Source of the DNA: a virus
DNA length: 64,000 nt
IMG/VR virus record: IMGVR_UViG_3300025313_000944
Span: 1-64,000 of that record
Direction: 5' to 3' (one strand)
In this document: positions 1 through 9,884 of the stretch, piece after piece
How positions within the stretch are numbered: the stretch's first letter is position 1
Layout: each line of letters opens with the position of its first letter
Position numbers and translations under genes: made by a program
The notes under the pieces: model-generated
Databases searched by the model: none
Told to the model about the DNA's origin: nothing
The model's input: the letters and a program-made list of their open reading frames with translations, nothing else

Positions 1-108
1 TGTACCATCCGCATTGGTCGGGGAGGGATCAAACAGGGTGATCTCCATATCCTCCACACTCACAGGTGTGGGCGCAACAGGTCGGGCCGGAAGGGGTGAA
101 TCTGCCAT
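1..108 (-). CDS. 5' part of a virion-module protein running off the left edge
   Basis: ATG at 108 preceded by GGAG; MADSPLPARPVAPTPVSVEDMEITLFDP... open to position 1. Confidence 0.6.
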   Translation of the reverse strand, partial: MADSPLPARPVAPTPVSVEDMEITLFDPSPTNADGT

Positions 109-120
109 AAATTTCATCTC

Positions 121-1377
121 CTATGCTGTAGGTGCACTATAAAAAGGCACATAATAAAAACCGTCCGTAATGGGATTAGTTGCTTGGTCATCCTGCACAT
201 AAATTTTCAACCACCCTACAATCGAACCTGGTGTTGTCATATCAGCCGCATCAACTAAAGATTGAGAAGCATTAGTTGTAGAAGTGCCGATGAAATGGAT
301 GAATTCCTCGGATACGTCGGCCTGATCCAGAAGCAAAACCGGCTTAGCCGCAGTAGTGGAAGTCTGATCAATGTGCAAGCTGGCTGCCGGAGCCTGCGCG
401 AACATGCCAATCGCCCCAGATGTTATTCGCATCTGTTCAGCCGCGCTAACGAAAAATCGAGTAGTGGCAGCCACTTCTGACCCAAGTACCAGGCCGCGCG
501 AAGGACCTGAGCCACCCTTATCTGTAATGATACGAAATTCATTAGCAACCCAATACATGTGTACACGAGAAAAATTGGTTGCTTCATCGGCTGTATTGTA
601 TAGAGCAATACCCTCCGATGCCGCCGGAAAACTCAACGCGGTTTGAGGAGTTGGCGTGCCTGCTCCAATCCTCCCATTGGTCGTATCCACCACCAGCACG
701 TTGTCTTTGATGCCGTCCTGCTCGACCAACAACGCCACAGCCGAGTTGACGTTGATCTTCTGCACCGCCGTGAACACGTTGGCCAGCGCCAGACCGGCTT
801 TCTCGGTGTCCAACTCATCGATAGCCGCCTGCACTGTCACAGCGGCAATGTTGCCAGCCGCCACGTTGGTAATCAGGCTGGCGGTGTAATCTCCGGCTGT
901 AGCCACGACTGCGCCGGTACGGGTGAAGACGCTGGTCACACCGCCACTCACTACAGCCCAGGCTGCGTCTTGGCGAGCGTATTGGCTGCCGTTAGAAGGA
1001 GCATCGTCGATGATAGCCATACTGCCCAGGCCAAGCGAGGTTCTGGCCGTTGCTCCATTTTCAGCAACCCAAGTGCTGCCGTTACCCACGATAAAGTTTC
1101 CATCTGTAATGGCTAAAGCGGCGATAGCAGCTAGTTCTGCATCGTAAGCTTGTACATCTACCCCGACTTCTAATTCCAAATTGACGCGAGCCGTAGGAAC
1201 GTCATCTAAATCACTTAAGTTATTGGAACCAAGCAAGTAGCGAGCATCCAACGTGGACAATACAAGCTTTTTACTTTGGTCATTTTCGCTCGGCTCAGAT
1301 ATATCTACTATATAAAGTAGATCACCGGAAGCTGGTGTGGTTAGTTCCGTTAATGCACTTAGTTTTGCATCTGCCAT
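121..1377 (-). CDS. tail fibre / virion structural protein
   Basis: 418 aa; MADAKLSALTEL start, NNLSDL..ARVNL, GGVTSVFTRTGAV and GRIGAGTPTP segments typical of phage tail fibres; lies in structural operon. Confidence 0.7.
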   Translation of the reverse strand: MADAKLSALTELTTPASGDLLYIVDISEPSENDQSKKLVLSTLDARYLLGSNNLSDLDDVPTARVNLELEVGVDVQAYDAELAAIAALAITDGNFIVGNGSTWVAENGATARTSLGLGSMAIIDDAPSNGSQYARQDAAWAVVSGGVTSVFTRTGAVVATAGDYTASLITNVAAGNIAAVTVQAAIDELDTEKAGLALANVFTAVQKINVNSAVALLVEQDGIKDNVLVVDTTNGRIGAGTPTPQTALSFPAASEGIALYNTADEATNFSRVHMYWVANEFRIITDKGGSGPSRGLVLGSEVAATTRFFVSAAEQMRITSGAIGMFAQAPAASLHIDQTSTTAAKPVLLLDQADVSEEFIHFIGTSTTNASQSLVDAADMTTPGSIVGWLKIYVQDDQATNPITDGFYYVPFYSAPTA

Positions 1378-1379
1378 AT

Positions 1380-1919
1380 TTAATAATCTATATCTATTCT
1401 ATCAATTTTAGGTTGTGCGTCAACCTGTTCCATAGCCGAAAGTGCTTCTTTAATATATTCCACAGTTCTCACCGGCCGGTTGAGTTGTTCGGCTTTCAAC
1501 AGAAAGCGTCTAATAGGAACAGATGAAGTAAATTCGTCTAATTTATTCTTGAGCGCGAAGAAAGGCTGTAATAGAATACTTTCTATCTCCGCATCGTCGA
1601 TTTGGTTAACCGTGGGAATATCTTCTTCGACACCAGAAAATTCAATCAAAGTACCATCCTGAAGGTGTATCTTGTTATTCCTGCGTAAATAGATATCCTC
1701 GGCTGCTGACCAAACCTTGATGACCAATTCTTCTACGTCTCCGGTTTCTGGGTCACCATTAAGTACCACTTCGGCTGGTATCAACCGAATGGGGTCCAGA
1801 TAGCGCACCAAAACACGAGCCATAATTGTCTTCTTATAAATTTTATAAGGAGGCTTATTTCCTTGTAAAGCCTCGTAGATATCCTGCCTTATTGATTCGT
1901 CCTTCAATCCTGTAACCAT
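1380..1919 (-). CDS. hypothetical virion morphogenesis protein
   Basis: 179 aa ORF with GAGGAG RBS in structural operon. Confidence 0.6.
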   Translation of the reverse strand: MVTGLKDESIRQDIYEALQGNKPPYKIYKKTIMARVLVRYLDPIRLIPAEVVLNGDPETGDVEELVIKVWSAAEDIYLRRNNKIHLQDGTLIEFSGVEEDIPTVNQIDDAEIESILLQPFFALKNKLDEFTSSVPIRRFLLKAEQLNRPVRTVEYIKEALSAMEQVDAQPKIDRIDIDY

Positions 1920-1931
1920 TTAAATCTCCTC

Positions 1932-2393
1932 TTAAGTATAGTATCCACCAACTGTTATAGCTACCTCTGTATTTTTGTGGCCGGGCTTTACTTTAGCTGT
2001 AAGTACAGAACCAGAAGGAATAATTATCTGATCACTCAAATGAATTATATTCTCTTCCAAAACTGGCAATACAGTAAATGTAACACCATCTTTGCGCAAA
2101 TCTACCAGAGAGACAACATTGTTTCCGGTTTGAGCTAATATTATTGTATTTATCAATAAATCAGCATTGGCCGTAATGGAGAATTGTGTAGCCGTGTTGG
2201 TATTGTATAGGTCGTGAAAGCCTGTAGTGTTAGGCCACACATCCGTGTGATAGGCATGTTTCCATACGTAATCGTCCAGAGGTACACCGGGCGGTGTTGG
2301 GCTAAAAGCAGATGGAGCCAAAACATGTATCCGCCCATAAACATCGTGAGCAACCACCAAACCATTTTCTATTACAACTTGATCTATAAACAT
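1932..2393 (-). CDS. hypothetical beta-rich structural protein
   Basis: 153 aa ORF directly after the capsid terminator, GAGGT RBS. Confidence 0.55.
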   Translation of the reverse strand: MFIDQVVIENGLVVAHDVYGRIHVLAPSAFSPTPPGVPLDDYVWKHAYHTDVWPNTTGFHDLYNTNTATQFSITANADLLINTIILAQTGNNVVSLVDLRKDGVTFTVLPVLEENIIHLSDQIIIPSGSVLTAKVKPGHKNTEVAITVGGYYT

Positions 2394-2410
2394 CTATAAT
2401 ACCTCTGGAT

Positions 2411-2438
2411 AAAAGGGGGAGCCAAATAAGACTCCCCC
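2411..2438 (-). terminator. intrinsic terminator after major capsid gene
   Basis: minus strand GGGGGAGT-CTTATTTG-GCTCCCCC-TTTT. Confidence 0.75.
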
Positions 2439-2447
2439 TGATTATTT

Positions 2448-3371
2448 TTAGGTCAAACCACCAACGACCACAATTCCAATCTGGCGGTCTATAATCATTC
2501 CGAACTGAAGATAGAACTCAGTATTGTAAACTGGTGGCGTTGGTTCCCAGTTGGTCCACTGCTTGTGCTTGACATCGCCGTAGGTAATGAATTCGCCTAC
2601 GTTCTCGCCAATGACCAGAACTTTATTTTCAGGAAGCTGAGCGGTATAATCCACTTCGTTGTCCCAAATTTGATCTAGCCCTATGATGCGGGCACCGAAA
2701 TAATTTCCAAGAAAGCCGGTACGGCTAATCTCTTCGATAGCTGAAGGAATACCCACACCCCAAGAGGTTGGAGAGGCATCGTAAGGTACATAATTACCAA
2801 ACTTGGTAATAGGCGTCATAGCTTTGCGGGTACCAACAACGGCTCGCACCGCACCAACTCGGTAGTTAACTTCATTAATGGCAGTCTCAAGAGCCGTGGC
2901 GGTCAAAGCACCACCAACATTGATGAAGTTGCTAGGTGTATTGGTGGCACTCCACAACGTAGCCAGCTTGGTAAAGACTTGGGTCATGAAGTAGTCCTTG
3001 ATCTTGGCCTTCATCTCGGCTTCGATCTCGCCAATGGTACCAAGCTCACCGGATTCAAGTTCCCACTCATTTGCATGGACACGAACATCTATGCCGGAAA
3101 GATGGTAATTAGCCCGGTCGACCACACTTACTTCACTAGCCATATGCACGGCTCCTGGCACTAAGGTCCTCACGGTTATGCCCTTACGGACCTTCTTTAC
3201 TAATTGAGTGCCTGGGGCCAGACTACGAGTATTCAACAACATTGATACAAAGTCGGTGGTAATATGGTTTGGTTGAAGGTATTCCACGATAAGCGTGGCG
3301 AAAGCTTCGCGGTCGGTCTTAGCCAAAGACGCAAGAGCTTCACGGTACTGAGTTTCTTTCTGCTTATCCAT
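2448..3371 (-). CDS. major capsid protein
   Basis: 307 aa; order portal-protease/scaffold-decoration-this gene-terminator. Confidence 0.8.
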   Translation of the reverse strand: MDKQKETQYREALASLAKTDREAFATLIVEYLQPNHITTDFVSMLLNTRSLAPGTQLVKKVRKGITVRTLVPGAVHMASEVSVVDRANYHLSGIDVRVHANEWELESGELGTIGEIEAEMKAKIKDYFMTQVFTKLATLWSATNTPSNFINVGGALTATALETAINEVNYRVGAVRAVVGTRKAMTPITKFGNYVPYDASPTSWGVGIPSAIEEISRTGFLGNYFGARIIGLDQIWDNEVDYTAQLPENKVLVIGENVGEFITYGDVKHKQWTNWEPTPPVYNTEFYLQFGMIIDRQIGIVVVGGLT

Positions 3372-3373
3372 GA

Positions 3374-3904
3374 TTAATTCCCCTCACCATAGGTACGGAA
3401 CGTCAATTTCTTATACGTAAGATCAATGGCAGTACATACTGCCACAGCCGTACCACTAGATTTCTTGGTAAGCTGCCCACGAGTACTGGAACTAGTGGAC
3501 ACTTCCAACGTGGTTCCAATCACGATGGTGGCGTCATAAATCCACTGACCGGAACCAACAGTAAACTCACCCTTATCGTAGAGAAGTGCCCCAGTACCAG
3601 AGGGAATAGTCTGAGCTTCGTCTACCAGACCCGGGTAAGTGTAATAAAGCGTAGCTGACGTGACAGGTAGGTTCGTGGCTTTCTCGAAGCCATAGCGGAG
3701 CGCCTGAGTATAGCTAGGATAGGTTTGATAAATCGGTGGTTCCCGATTATCTACCGGCCAAGCTACCAGATAACGCGCCAAAGCTGCTTCGGTAGAGTTT
3801 ACCGGCAGTTTGGCTCCCGCAGCCGACAGGAGGGCCATACGCCCTTCGTATACATCTTGAGTCAGCGTGACGCCAAGAATGTCTGTAAATTTGTGAACTT
3901 CCAT
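3374..3904 (-). CDS. head decoration / minor capsid protein
   Basis: 176 aa between scaffold and major capsid gene. Confidence 0.6.
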   Translation of the reverse strand: MEVHKFTDILGVTLTQDVYEGRMALLSAAGAKLPVNSTEAALARYLVAWPVDNREPPIYQTYPSYTQALRYGFEKATNLPVTSATLYYTYPGLVDEAQTIPSGTGALLYDKGEFTVGSGQWIYDATIVIGTTLEVSTSSSTRGQLTKKSSGTAVAVCTAIDLTYKKLTFRTYGEGN

Positions 3905-3907
3905 GAA

Positions 3908-4897
3908 TTACGACTCCTTCTTGCGTCGTTCGTTCAAGAACTCGCGTACAAGGTCTTCCGGTTTCTTGTTTTCGTCCCCACCAACCGGAATAGGCGGAGT
4001 ACCAGTTGAAGCCTGTGTCTCCTTGGCAGGAGTATTAACCAACATCTTAAGCACGAAAGAGAAAGCGTTGTCGTCCATACCGAGCCAACGGTCGGCTTCG
4101 GCCTCGAACTCTTCACGCTTCATCTCAACACCGGCTTCAGCGATCTGCTTGAAGCGGGCATTTAGACGATCAGCACGTTCGCGCTGAGCTTCTACTTCTT
4201 GCTTAAAGGTACGCAGGCTCTCAAGCTCTTTGAGTTGATCTTTCAACTCTTCCAAAGAAGCATCAGCCACTTCAAGCTTTCCCTCAAGCTCTTCGACCTT
4301 CTGCTCTTTGACTTCAAGCTGTGCTTTCAATTGTTCAAGTTCCATGCTTGATTCGCCTTCATCTTTTTGGGTTGTCGAGATAGATTTCGCAGCCACAGCT
4401 AGAATGGGTGTTCTGCCCTCATAAGCTGGCATACTAACTACAGTTGCAGCGCGGGTAATAATATCTCGTAACCAAGACACTCCGGCTTGATCGACTTCCT
4501 CACGTCCGTAAAGCAATTCCCAAGAGACGTGAAGAGGTTGATCGTTGGCCTTGGCTTCTCGAAGCTGAGTTGCATCATCGGGATATTCTTTTTCCCAAAC
4601 AGCCGCAATAGCTTCAATGCGGTTTTCTATTTCTTCCAAACCGACGATGGTTCCAATCGGAACTGCTCCATCGTGATTTATACCTATGATACCACCTGTC
4701 ATCTTCTTGAAAGGCTTGAACTTGCCAGTCTTAACTATGCTGGCAAATTCATCCTTTGGTACTGCCTGCTTGTTGGCGTTAGGTCCGTCGTCGGTGAAGA
4801 TAAACTTCACCCACATGACATTATCACCAAGTAGGCTGGCTTCAGTTTCTAGATGGCCAGGTCGTTCAGCTAGGATTTCAAAACTAGCTTGTTTCAT
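3908..4897 (-). CDS. prohead protease-scaffold fusion
   Basis: N-terminal NANK...H..PIG...VSWE protease-like part, C-terminal Glu/Lys coiled coil; position between portal and capsid. Confidence 0.7.
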   Translation of the reverse strand: MKQASFEILAERPGHLETEASLLGDNVMWVKFIFTDDGPNANKQAVPKDEFASIVKTGKFKPFKKMTGGIIGINHDGAVPIGTIVGLEEIENRIEAIAAVWEKEYPDDATQLREAKANDQPLHVSWELLYGREEVDQAGVSWLRDIITRAATVVSMPAYEGRTPILAVAAKSISTTQKDEGESSMELEQLKAQLEVKEQKVEELEGKLEVADASLEELKDQLKELESLRTFKQEVEAQRERADRLNARFKQIAEAGVEMKREEFEAEADRWLGMDDNAFSFVLKMLVNTPAKETQASTGTPPIPVGGDENKKPEDLVREFLNERRKKES

Positions 4898-5126
4898 CTG
4901 CTAAAAATCCTAGCAATTTTTCCACGTCTTCAACAAGCTTTATTTGTGCTTCGGCCTGTTGTGGAGTTACACCGTGTCGTTTGGTAAATGTAGCAGCAGC
5001 CACTCTCTTGGCATACTGCATACAAGTCTCATCCTCCTTCTTGCCCTTGGGTGGGCTGCCTTTGCGCATCTCTGCTACGCAATTTTGGTGGATGCTGTCT
5101 CTCATTTTTCGGTACTCTTGTGGAAT
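4884..5126 (-). CDS. small basic protein, probable ATT start
   Basis: GGAGGT 5 nt before ATT-CCA-CAA-GAG (MPQEYRKMRDSI), directly after portal stop. Confidence 0.55.
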   Translation of the reverse strand: MPQEYRKMRDSIHQNCVAEMRKGSPPKGKKEDETCMQYAKRVAAATFTKRHGVTPQQAEAQIKLVEDVEKLLGFLADETS

Positions 5127-5127
5127 G

Positions 5128-6627
5128 TTACACCTCCACTGGTTCGCCCGGTACACTGGGTTTGGGTGAGAAAGGTAGAGCAGGAACCTCTGGAACGTCG
5201 AATTCTTTCATCAATTCGCGCTCAGTAGATTTCTTTTCTAATTCTTCCTCGAAGTTGTAACCAGCTATACCAGCCAAACTCGTTAAACTTAGAGCATTGT
5301 TTTGATACAATGTCGTTGCGATCTCTGTTAACTTACCTAAATCGTATAGACGCAATTCCTCGAAACTAACTTTTATCCTGTTTTCAAAGCTGTTTCGAGT
5401 TTTTATTTGATCTATGAGTTCCTCAACCCATAAGAGGATATCTTCTCTAAATCGTTTGATTGTCTCCGCAGGCGAAAACATTGCGAACTCAGCTTGTGAG
5501 GTAGCCGAGCGTAAAGTCTCACCACTAACGAGGATTCTAGGCATACCCAAAGCGTTGAATATATCTTCGTTAACAGCTTGATATTTCTCTTGGTTAAGCA
5601 TAGCCTCGGTGTCGGGGTAAATCCATTCGATGTTCAGCGTGTGGTTAGCAAAAAGTTGAAACACCCGGTCGATGTTTTTAGGTTGACTTCGCCACAACAT
5701 TTGAGTTTTCAAATCGTCTAATTGGTCTTCATCATCCTCTGTGAGAGGAAAATCATCATTACCAAGTTTAATTAATTGAATGGCCCCGATCACCCTAGAA
5801 GCGATAGCATAATCCATTTTCTTGAGGTTGCGCTTAAAAGCTAGAGATTCCAACGCCGAGAGTAGATACGGAGTTGGGTTGGGATCATAGGTTTTGGGTC
5901 TGCGTCTTATTACGAATGCTTTCTCTAGTAAAAGAGTGCTTTGTCCTTTTTTAATTGCATTTACAAATTCAGGAAATTCTTCTGTTAAACGCGACATAGT
6001 TTCTGTATCTGTAGAACCATCCGGTCGCTTACCACCCTCCAAGACGAACTTCCTGATGTTCTCTGGAATCATCATGTAAACTTCAACGTCTGTTGAAAAC
6101 GGTACCCACTGTAAAGTCAAAAGGAATGGATCAATTATCCAACATTTTTCCGGCAATTCATAACGCCGAACAGTGTCCAGATTTAATTCATCCGGTGTGA
6201 ATTGCCGCCAAGCAGCTTGGGGTACCACTAAACCTGACAATAAATATTCTAATGCGGCTTCCTTGAGGTACTTGAGAAATAATTTTTCCGCAGTTTGATA
6301 GACTGTAAATTCTTCGTCGGTGCAATTGTTTCGGTCAAAAACCAACTTGTTAATACCAACGTCGATAATCTTATTTATAGCTGTGCTGGCAATGGGGTCT
6401 ACTTCGTAATAGTAACGTACCCAGGCTATTCTCTCTTTATAGTCAGTCGGCAATTTCATTTTGTCCGGTTCGTTAGTGCCACCAGATAAGAGAATAGGGC
6501 TTATATCACCATACAACTGTATCGAGCCATAAGGATTAGTTACCCAAGCCGCGAAGGCATTTTTCACTCGTTGAGGTTGTGTTTCTTTGGGAAGTCTTTC
6601 CTCAATTTCGATTTCTATATTTTCCAT
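5128..6627 (-). CDS. portal protein
   Basis: ~500 aa just downstream of TerL; YYEVDPIASTAINK and IFNALGMPRILVSGE portal-like motifs. Confidence 0.8.
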   Translation of the reverse strand: MENIEIEIEERLPKETQPQRVKNAFAAWVTNPYGSIQLYGDISPILLSGGTNEPDKMKLPTDYKERIAWVRYYYEVDPIASTAINKIIDVGINKLVFDRNNCTDEEFTVYQTAEKLFLKYLKEAALEYLLSGLVVPQAAWRQFTPDELNLDTVRRYELPEKCWIIDPFLLTLQWVPFSTDVEVYMMIPENIRKFVLEGGKRPDGSTDTETMSRLTEEFPEFVNAIKKGQSTLLLEKAFVIRRRPKTYDPNPTPYLLSALESLAFKRNLKKMDYAIASRVIGAIQLIKLGNDDFPLTEDDEDQLDDLKTQMLWRSQPKNIDRVFQLFANHTLNIEWIYPDTEAMLNQEKYQAVNEDIFNALGMPRILVSGETLRSATSQAEFAMFSPAETIKRFREDILLWVEELIDQIKTRNSFENRIKVSFEELRLYDLGKLTEIATTLYQNNALSLTSLAGIAGYNFEEELEKKSTERELMKEFDVPEVPALPFSPKPSVPGEPVEV

Positions 6628-6860
6628 TAAAAATCTTCTCGATTGTCCCAAATTAAATAAGGCCAGACAGTGCTAGCTTTTACCATGTTAGTTCCAGAGT
6701 TTCCGTATATACCTTTAATGGTATTGCAATTTGAGCATTTCTCCACAAACGGTGCCCATATGGAGCCACACACTGGACATTGCCAGCCAACTGGGGTTGA
6801 TGTGCCTGAAACCACATCACAAGCATAAGTTGAATCTTTTCTTCCATTTATAATACACAT
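6627..6860 (-). CDS. small zinc-ribbon protein
   Basis: GWQCPVCGSIWAPFVEKCSNC; abuts terL and portal. Confidence 0.55.
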   Translation of the reverse strand: MCIINGRKDSTYACDVVSGTSTPVGWQCPVCGSIWAPFVEKCSNCNTIKGIYGNSGTNMVKASTVWPYLIWDNREDF

Positions 6861-9476
6861 TTATAATAACCACCTACTGCGGAGCAATTTAGGTTTACTC
6901 GGTCTGAATTCCAATGAATCATATTTCTCAAATAACACCATGACGAAAGTTAAAAGTGCGGCAAAATTATGATCGTCACCGCGATCACTACCCAGTGGAG
7001 TAACTGCCTTATAAACAGGATTGCCGGTAGCAGTCCTGTAATAAGTTATCCTCTCTAATTCTGTGAGCAAATCTTGATCTCGCTTGGAGAAAGCTATGTC
7101 ATGGTTATTGGCCATCTGTTGCAACTTAGAGGCAGAGAATTGTTTGATGCGCTCTTTCATCTCGTTGCCACCTTCGTCGAAGCCAACCACGACCGTACCA
7201 CCGAACTCCACGGGCAACATACGTTTGACGAAATCTTTATCTCTGTATGTATCTGAATGTACGAAGTTGTGGTAAAGTGACTTACCCTGACCCCCTGAGC
7301 CAACGTCCATACCCAAGAAGCTTGGATTATATTTAGTATCCAACCGGTTGATTATCTTCTCTTGTTCATCATAGTTTATTTGGAAAAGTTCCAACCGGAA
7401 CAAGAAGTACCAAACGTGGCTATCTTGTAATCTATATAAAGCATTGATAGCCGTTGGCTGCGTGTTTCCTTGTATGGCTACTCTACCATTTCTCCTAGTT
7501 ATATAGAAGCCAGTTCTGGTTTTGAAGCAATAAATTTTTCCACTGTAGTGCACCAACTTTATATTTTTCTTTTTAGAAAGTTCATTCTCTTTTCTTTTCA
7601 TGACTGATGCACTATACATGCCACCACTAGACTTGTGAAATCCCACGGTGGATGAATACCCTAATATTAATGCTAATCTTTGAAATTGGTCAATTAAAGT
7701 TTTTGATTGGGTCCAATATTGAGGTGATCTTTCACAATTTATTCTTGAACCATCCCCCAACAATAATGTTCTCAGAAATAATTCTTGATCTTCAGTGGAG
7801 CAATTAAAAATAAATTCCGGTATTTTTTTGTTTTTAGAATGTATTCCACAATTATCTCTAAGCCACAAACAAAGTTCTTTGCAAGTTATTGTCCACTTAA
7901 CTTGCTCTTTACCCCATTGATTTATGTATTCTTGCCTGGTAACTGTATAGGGTAATTGTTTTAATACTTTATCAATTTCATCAGCATATCTATTCTTAGA
8001 TTGTGTTAGATTGACTTCCCATTGATGGTTTGCTGTTGCCGAGCCCTCAGAAACGAACCATGCTAGAAATTGTACCCAAACGGACATGGGTACATCTGTA
8101 GATTTTTGTACTCGGTCCTTTCTGTTGGAATAATAGTATGGAACAGTGAATGTGGATTTTCCTATTGTATTTCTTCGGTTTGGGGCAATTTTAACTCTGA
8201 ACCTATCATTTGCCAGTTTCAACAAATCCACCGCTTGCATTTCCTCATAATCTTGAGGAACATAACCTTTTGTCTTGCAAGCCCAAACAGAATGTTCTGG
8301 CGACACCATAAAATTTGTGCTTTTTCCAGAAACCTCAATCATCTTACCGTCATAGTCTAATTCTCGCAAGAATAGTGGTTTATCCCAAATTATTTCATTT
8401 GTATTAGTGTCGAAACAAGCTATGATATCATTCTCATTGGTTTCTTGGTGTTTCAACCAACCCCTAGAGGTTAGCACCTCAGTGTCCTCGGAATAACAAT
8501 AACCCAAGTCGATGCCAAGTATCAAGTCGCTGGTATATTTAGGAGCATTGGGTAAATTTAAAATCACACGATATGGTAATTGAGAATCTCTTTTAAGCTG
8601 TTCTCCATAGAGGCGGATAACTGGAACGTCGTAATCCTCCAACCGCAACATCTCTCTATCGAAAACAGCATAAGTCGGGGTCCCATGTTCCCCCAAAACC
8701 TGCCTAATAAAGTCTTGGCTATCCTTTCCTCCATATTGGTCAATCGCACGTTTCTCTGCATCTTCGGTGAACCTAGGATTACGATACGCAGAAATTCTAT
8801 GCTTACTGTAATCAGGGCTGTTGTCACAATGGTAGCACACACTCTTCTCGCGCCGACCATCGGGGACACCAGAGACCAATATTTGATAGCCAAGTTCCCA
8901 GTCGTTGATGACTGGTTGCATTTCCAACCAAACATTCCAAGGGAAGTATGCCGATTCGTCAAGGAATATGATTGGAACGTGTAAACCAACTACGTTAACA
9001 CCGGTACCGGTGGTACCAGCAATACGGCAGATGAGTGTAAACCCATTCACGAATTTAATAATAAATTGCTGGGCATTTACACTAAACCTATTTATCCACC
9101 AACGTAGAAGTGGATTTAGTCTAAATTGTCTTTGGAGCTGTAAAAATACTGGATCGAGATGTGAACGATTAGGTACCACGAATAAGGCTTCGTCGAAGAA
9201 TTTATTCATGGCGTGCCACATCAGTTTGGTGACGAGTACTTGGGTCTTTCCCACACCGCGGCCTGCTCTCAAAGATACTTGACTGGAATAATCCATCAAG
9301 AATTCATATTGATAATCGGTATGAACCCAAGCTTCTCCTTCGTCTTCATCCTTTTCGAGATTTCTAACGAATTCTCCACACCAAGCTGGATGTCTTAAAA
9401 GCTCGTAAACAGCCCATTCCTCTTCAGTTAATTTTTCGACCAGCGCCAATATACGGTACCGAACCTGTCCTTCCAA
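6861..9476 (-). CDS. terL: terminase large subunit with intein
   Basis: Walker A AGRGVGKT, Walker B IFLDE, nuclease GIDLGY and GDDHNFAA; true start may be TTG at 9449. Confidence 0.92.
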   Translation of the reverse strand: MEGQVRYRILALVEKLTEEEWAVYELLRHPAWCGEFVRNLEKDEDEGEAWVHTDYQYEFLMDYSSQVSLRAGRGVGKTQVLVTKLMWHAMNKFFDEALFVVPNRSHLDPVFLQLQRQFRLNPLLRWWINRFSVNAQQFIIKFVNGFTLICRIAGTTGTGVNVVGLHVPIIFLDESAYFPWNVWLEMQPVINDWELGYQILVSGVPDGRREKSVCYHCDNSPDYSKHRISAYRNPRFTEDAEKRAIDQYGGKDSQDFIRQVLGEHGTPTYAVFDREMLRLEDYDVPVIRLYGEQLKRDSQLPYRVILNLPNAPKYTSDLILGIDLGYCYSEDTEVLTSRGWLKHQETNENDIIACFDTNTNEIIWDKPLFLRELDYDGKMIEVSGKSTNFMVSPEHSVWACKTKGYVPQDYEEMQAVDLLKLANDRFRVKIAPNRRNTIGKSTFTVPYYYSNRKDRVQKSTDVPMSVWVQFLAWFVSEGSATANHQWEVNLTQSKNRYADEIDKVLKQLPYTVTRQEYINQWGKEQVKWTITCKELCLWLRDNCGIHSKNKKIPEFIFNCSTEDQELFLRTLLLGDGSRINCERSPQYWTQSKTLIDQFQRLALILGYSSTVGFHKSSGGMYSASVMKRKENELSKKKNIKLVHYSGKIYCFKTRTGFYITRRNGRVAIQGNTQPTAINALYRLQDSHVWYFLFRLELFQINYDEQEKIINRLDTKYNPSFLGMDVGSGGQGKSLYHNFVHSDTYRDKDFVKRMLPVEFGGTVVVGFDEGGNEMKERIKQFSASKLQQMANNHDIAFSKRDQDLLTELERITYYRTATGNPVYKAVTPLGSDRGDDHNFAALLTFVMVLFEKYDSLEFRPSKPKLLRSRWLL
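7464..8498 (-). mobile_element. 345-aa LAGLIDADG intein in TerL nuclease motif
   Basis: GIDLGY|CYSEDTEVLT...SPEH...RVAIQGN|TQPT; LAWFVSEGS and LLLGDGS motifs. Confidence 0.9.
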
Positions 9477-9484
9477 TAGAAATG

Positions 9485-9512
9485 AAAAAGAGCAATCGTC
9501 ATTGATTGCTCT
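9485..9512 (-). terminator. intrinsic terminator after the RNA cluster, just upstream of terL
   Basis: AGAGCAATC-AATGAC-GATTGCTCT-TTTT. Confidence 0.7.
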
Positions 9513-9604
9513 AGATATTAATAAGGAAGATAGCTCCGCTCGTCAACGGGGGAGTCCCTAGCTATCTTCCTAGTTAATCATTACAAGTTTTAACGGTAAA
9601 CTTG

Positions 9605-9878
9605 TTAACCTTAACGTACCCATACTTGGCTAGACTCAACATTGAGTACACGGAATGATCCCGACTTTCACCAGAGTGTGAGTTTCATAGGCTAGGGCTG
9701 GATTTGCACCTGTTTTGCTCTCGGTTTAAACCCATCAAGGGCCGAAGACCGACTCTAACGGTCCTAGCAATTAGAGACAACTTGCAAGTGTCGGGCCGGC
9801 GATCCTATCCTCCGGCAGAGCAACTTATATAAGTGCAACCTAAAGCCTAAGCTCTAGGTGGGACTAACGTACTTGATA
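9605..9878 (-). ncRNA. candidate large structured ncRNA, family unassigned
   Basis: no ORF; nested helices 9844-49/9688-93, 9831-38/9704-11, 9817-23/9715-21 enclosing several hairpins; directly downstream of tRNAs. Confidence 0.55.
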
Positions 9879-9884
9879 ACCAGA

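Noticed and set aside
262-9398. Plus-strand ORFs in the structural block and similar antisense ORFs elsewhere
   Set aside because: Shadows of well-supported opposite-strand genes
9690-9770. Third tRNA (GCTAGG..GGTGCAAATCC..CCTAGC)
   Set aside because: T stem mismatched, no 7-nt anticodon loop, conflicts with the larger nested fold
9605-9878. RNase P, tmRNA, group I intron or theta ribozyme
   Set aside because: Only short fragments resemble their motifs, in the wrong order
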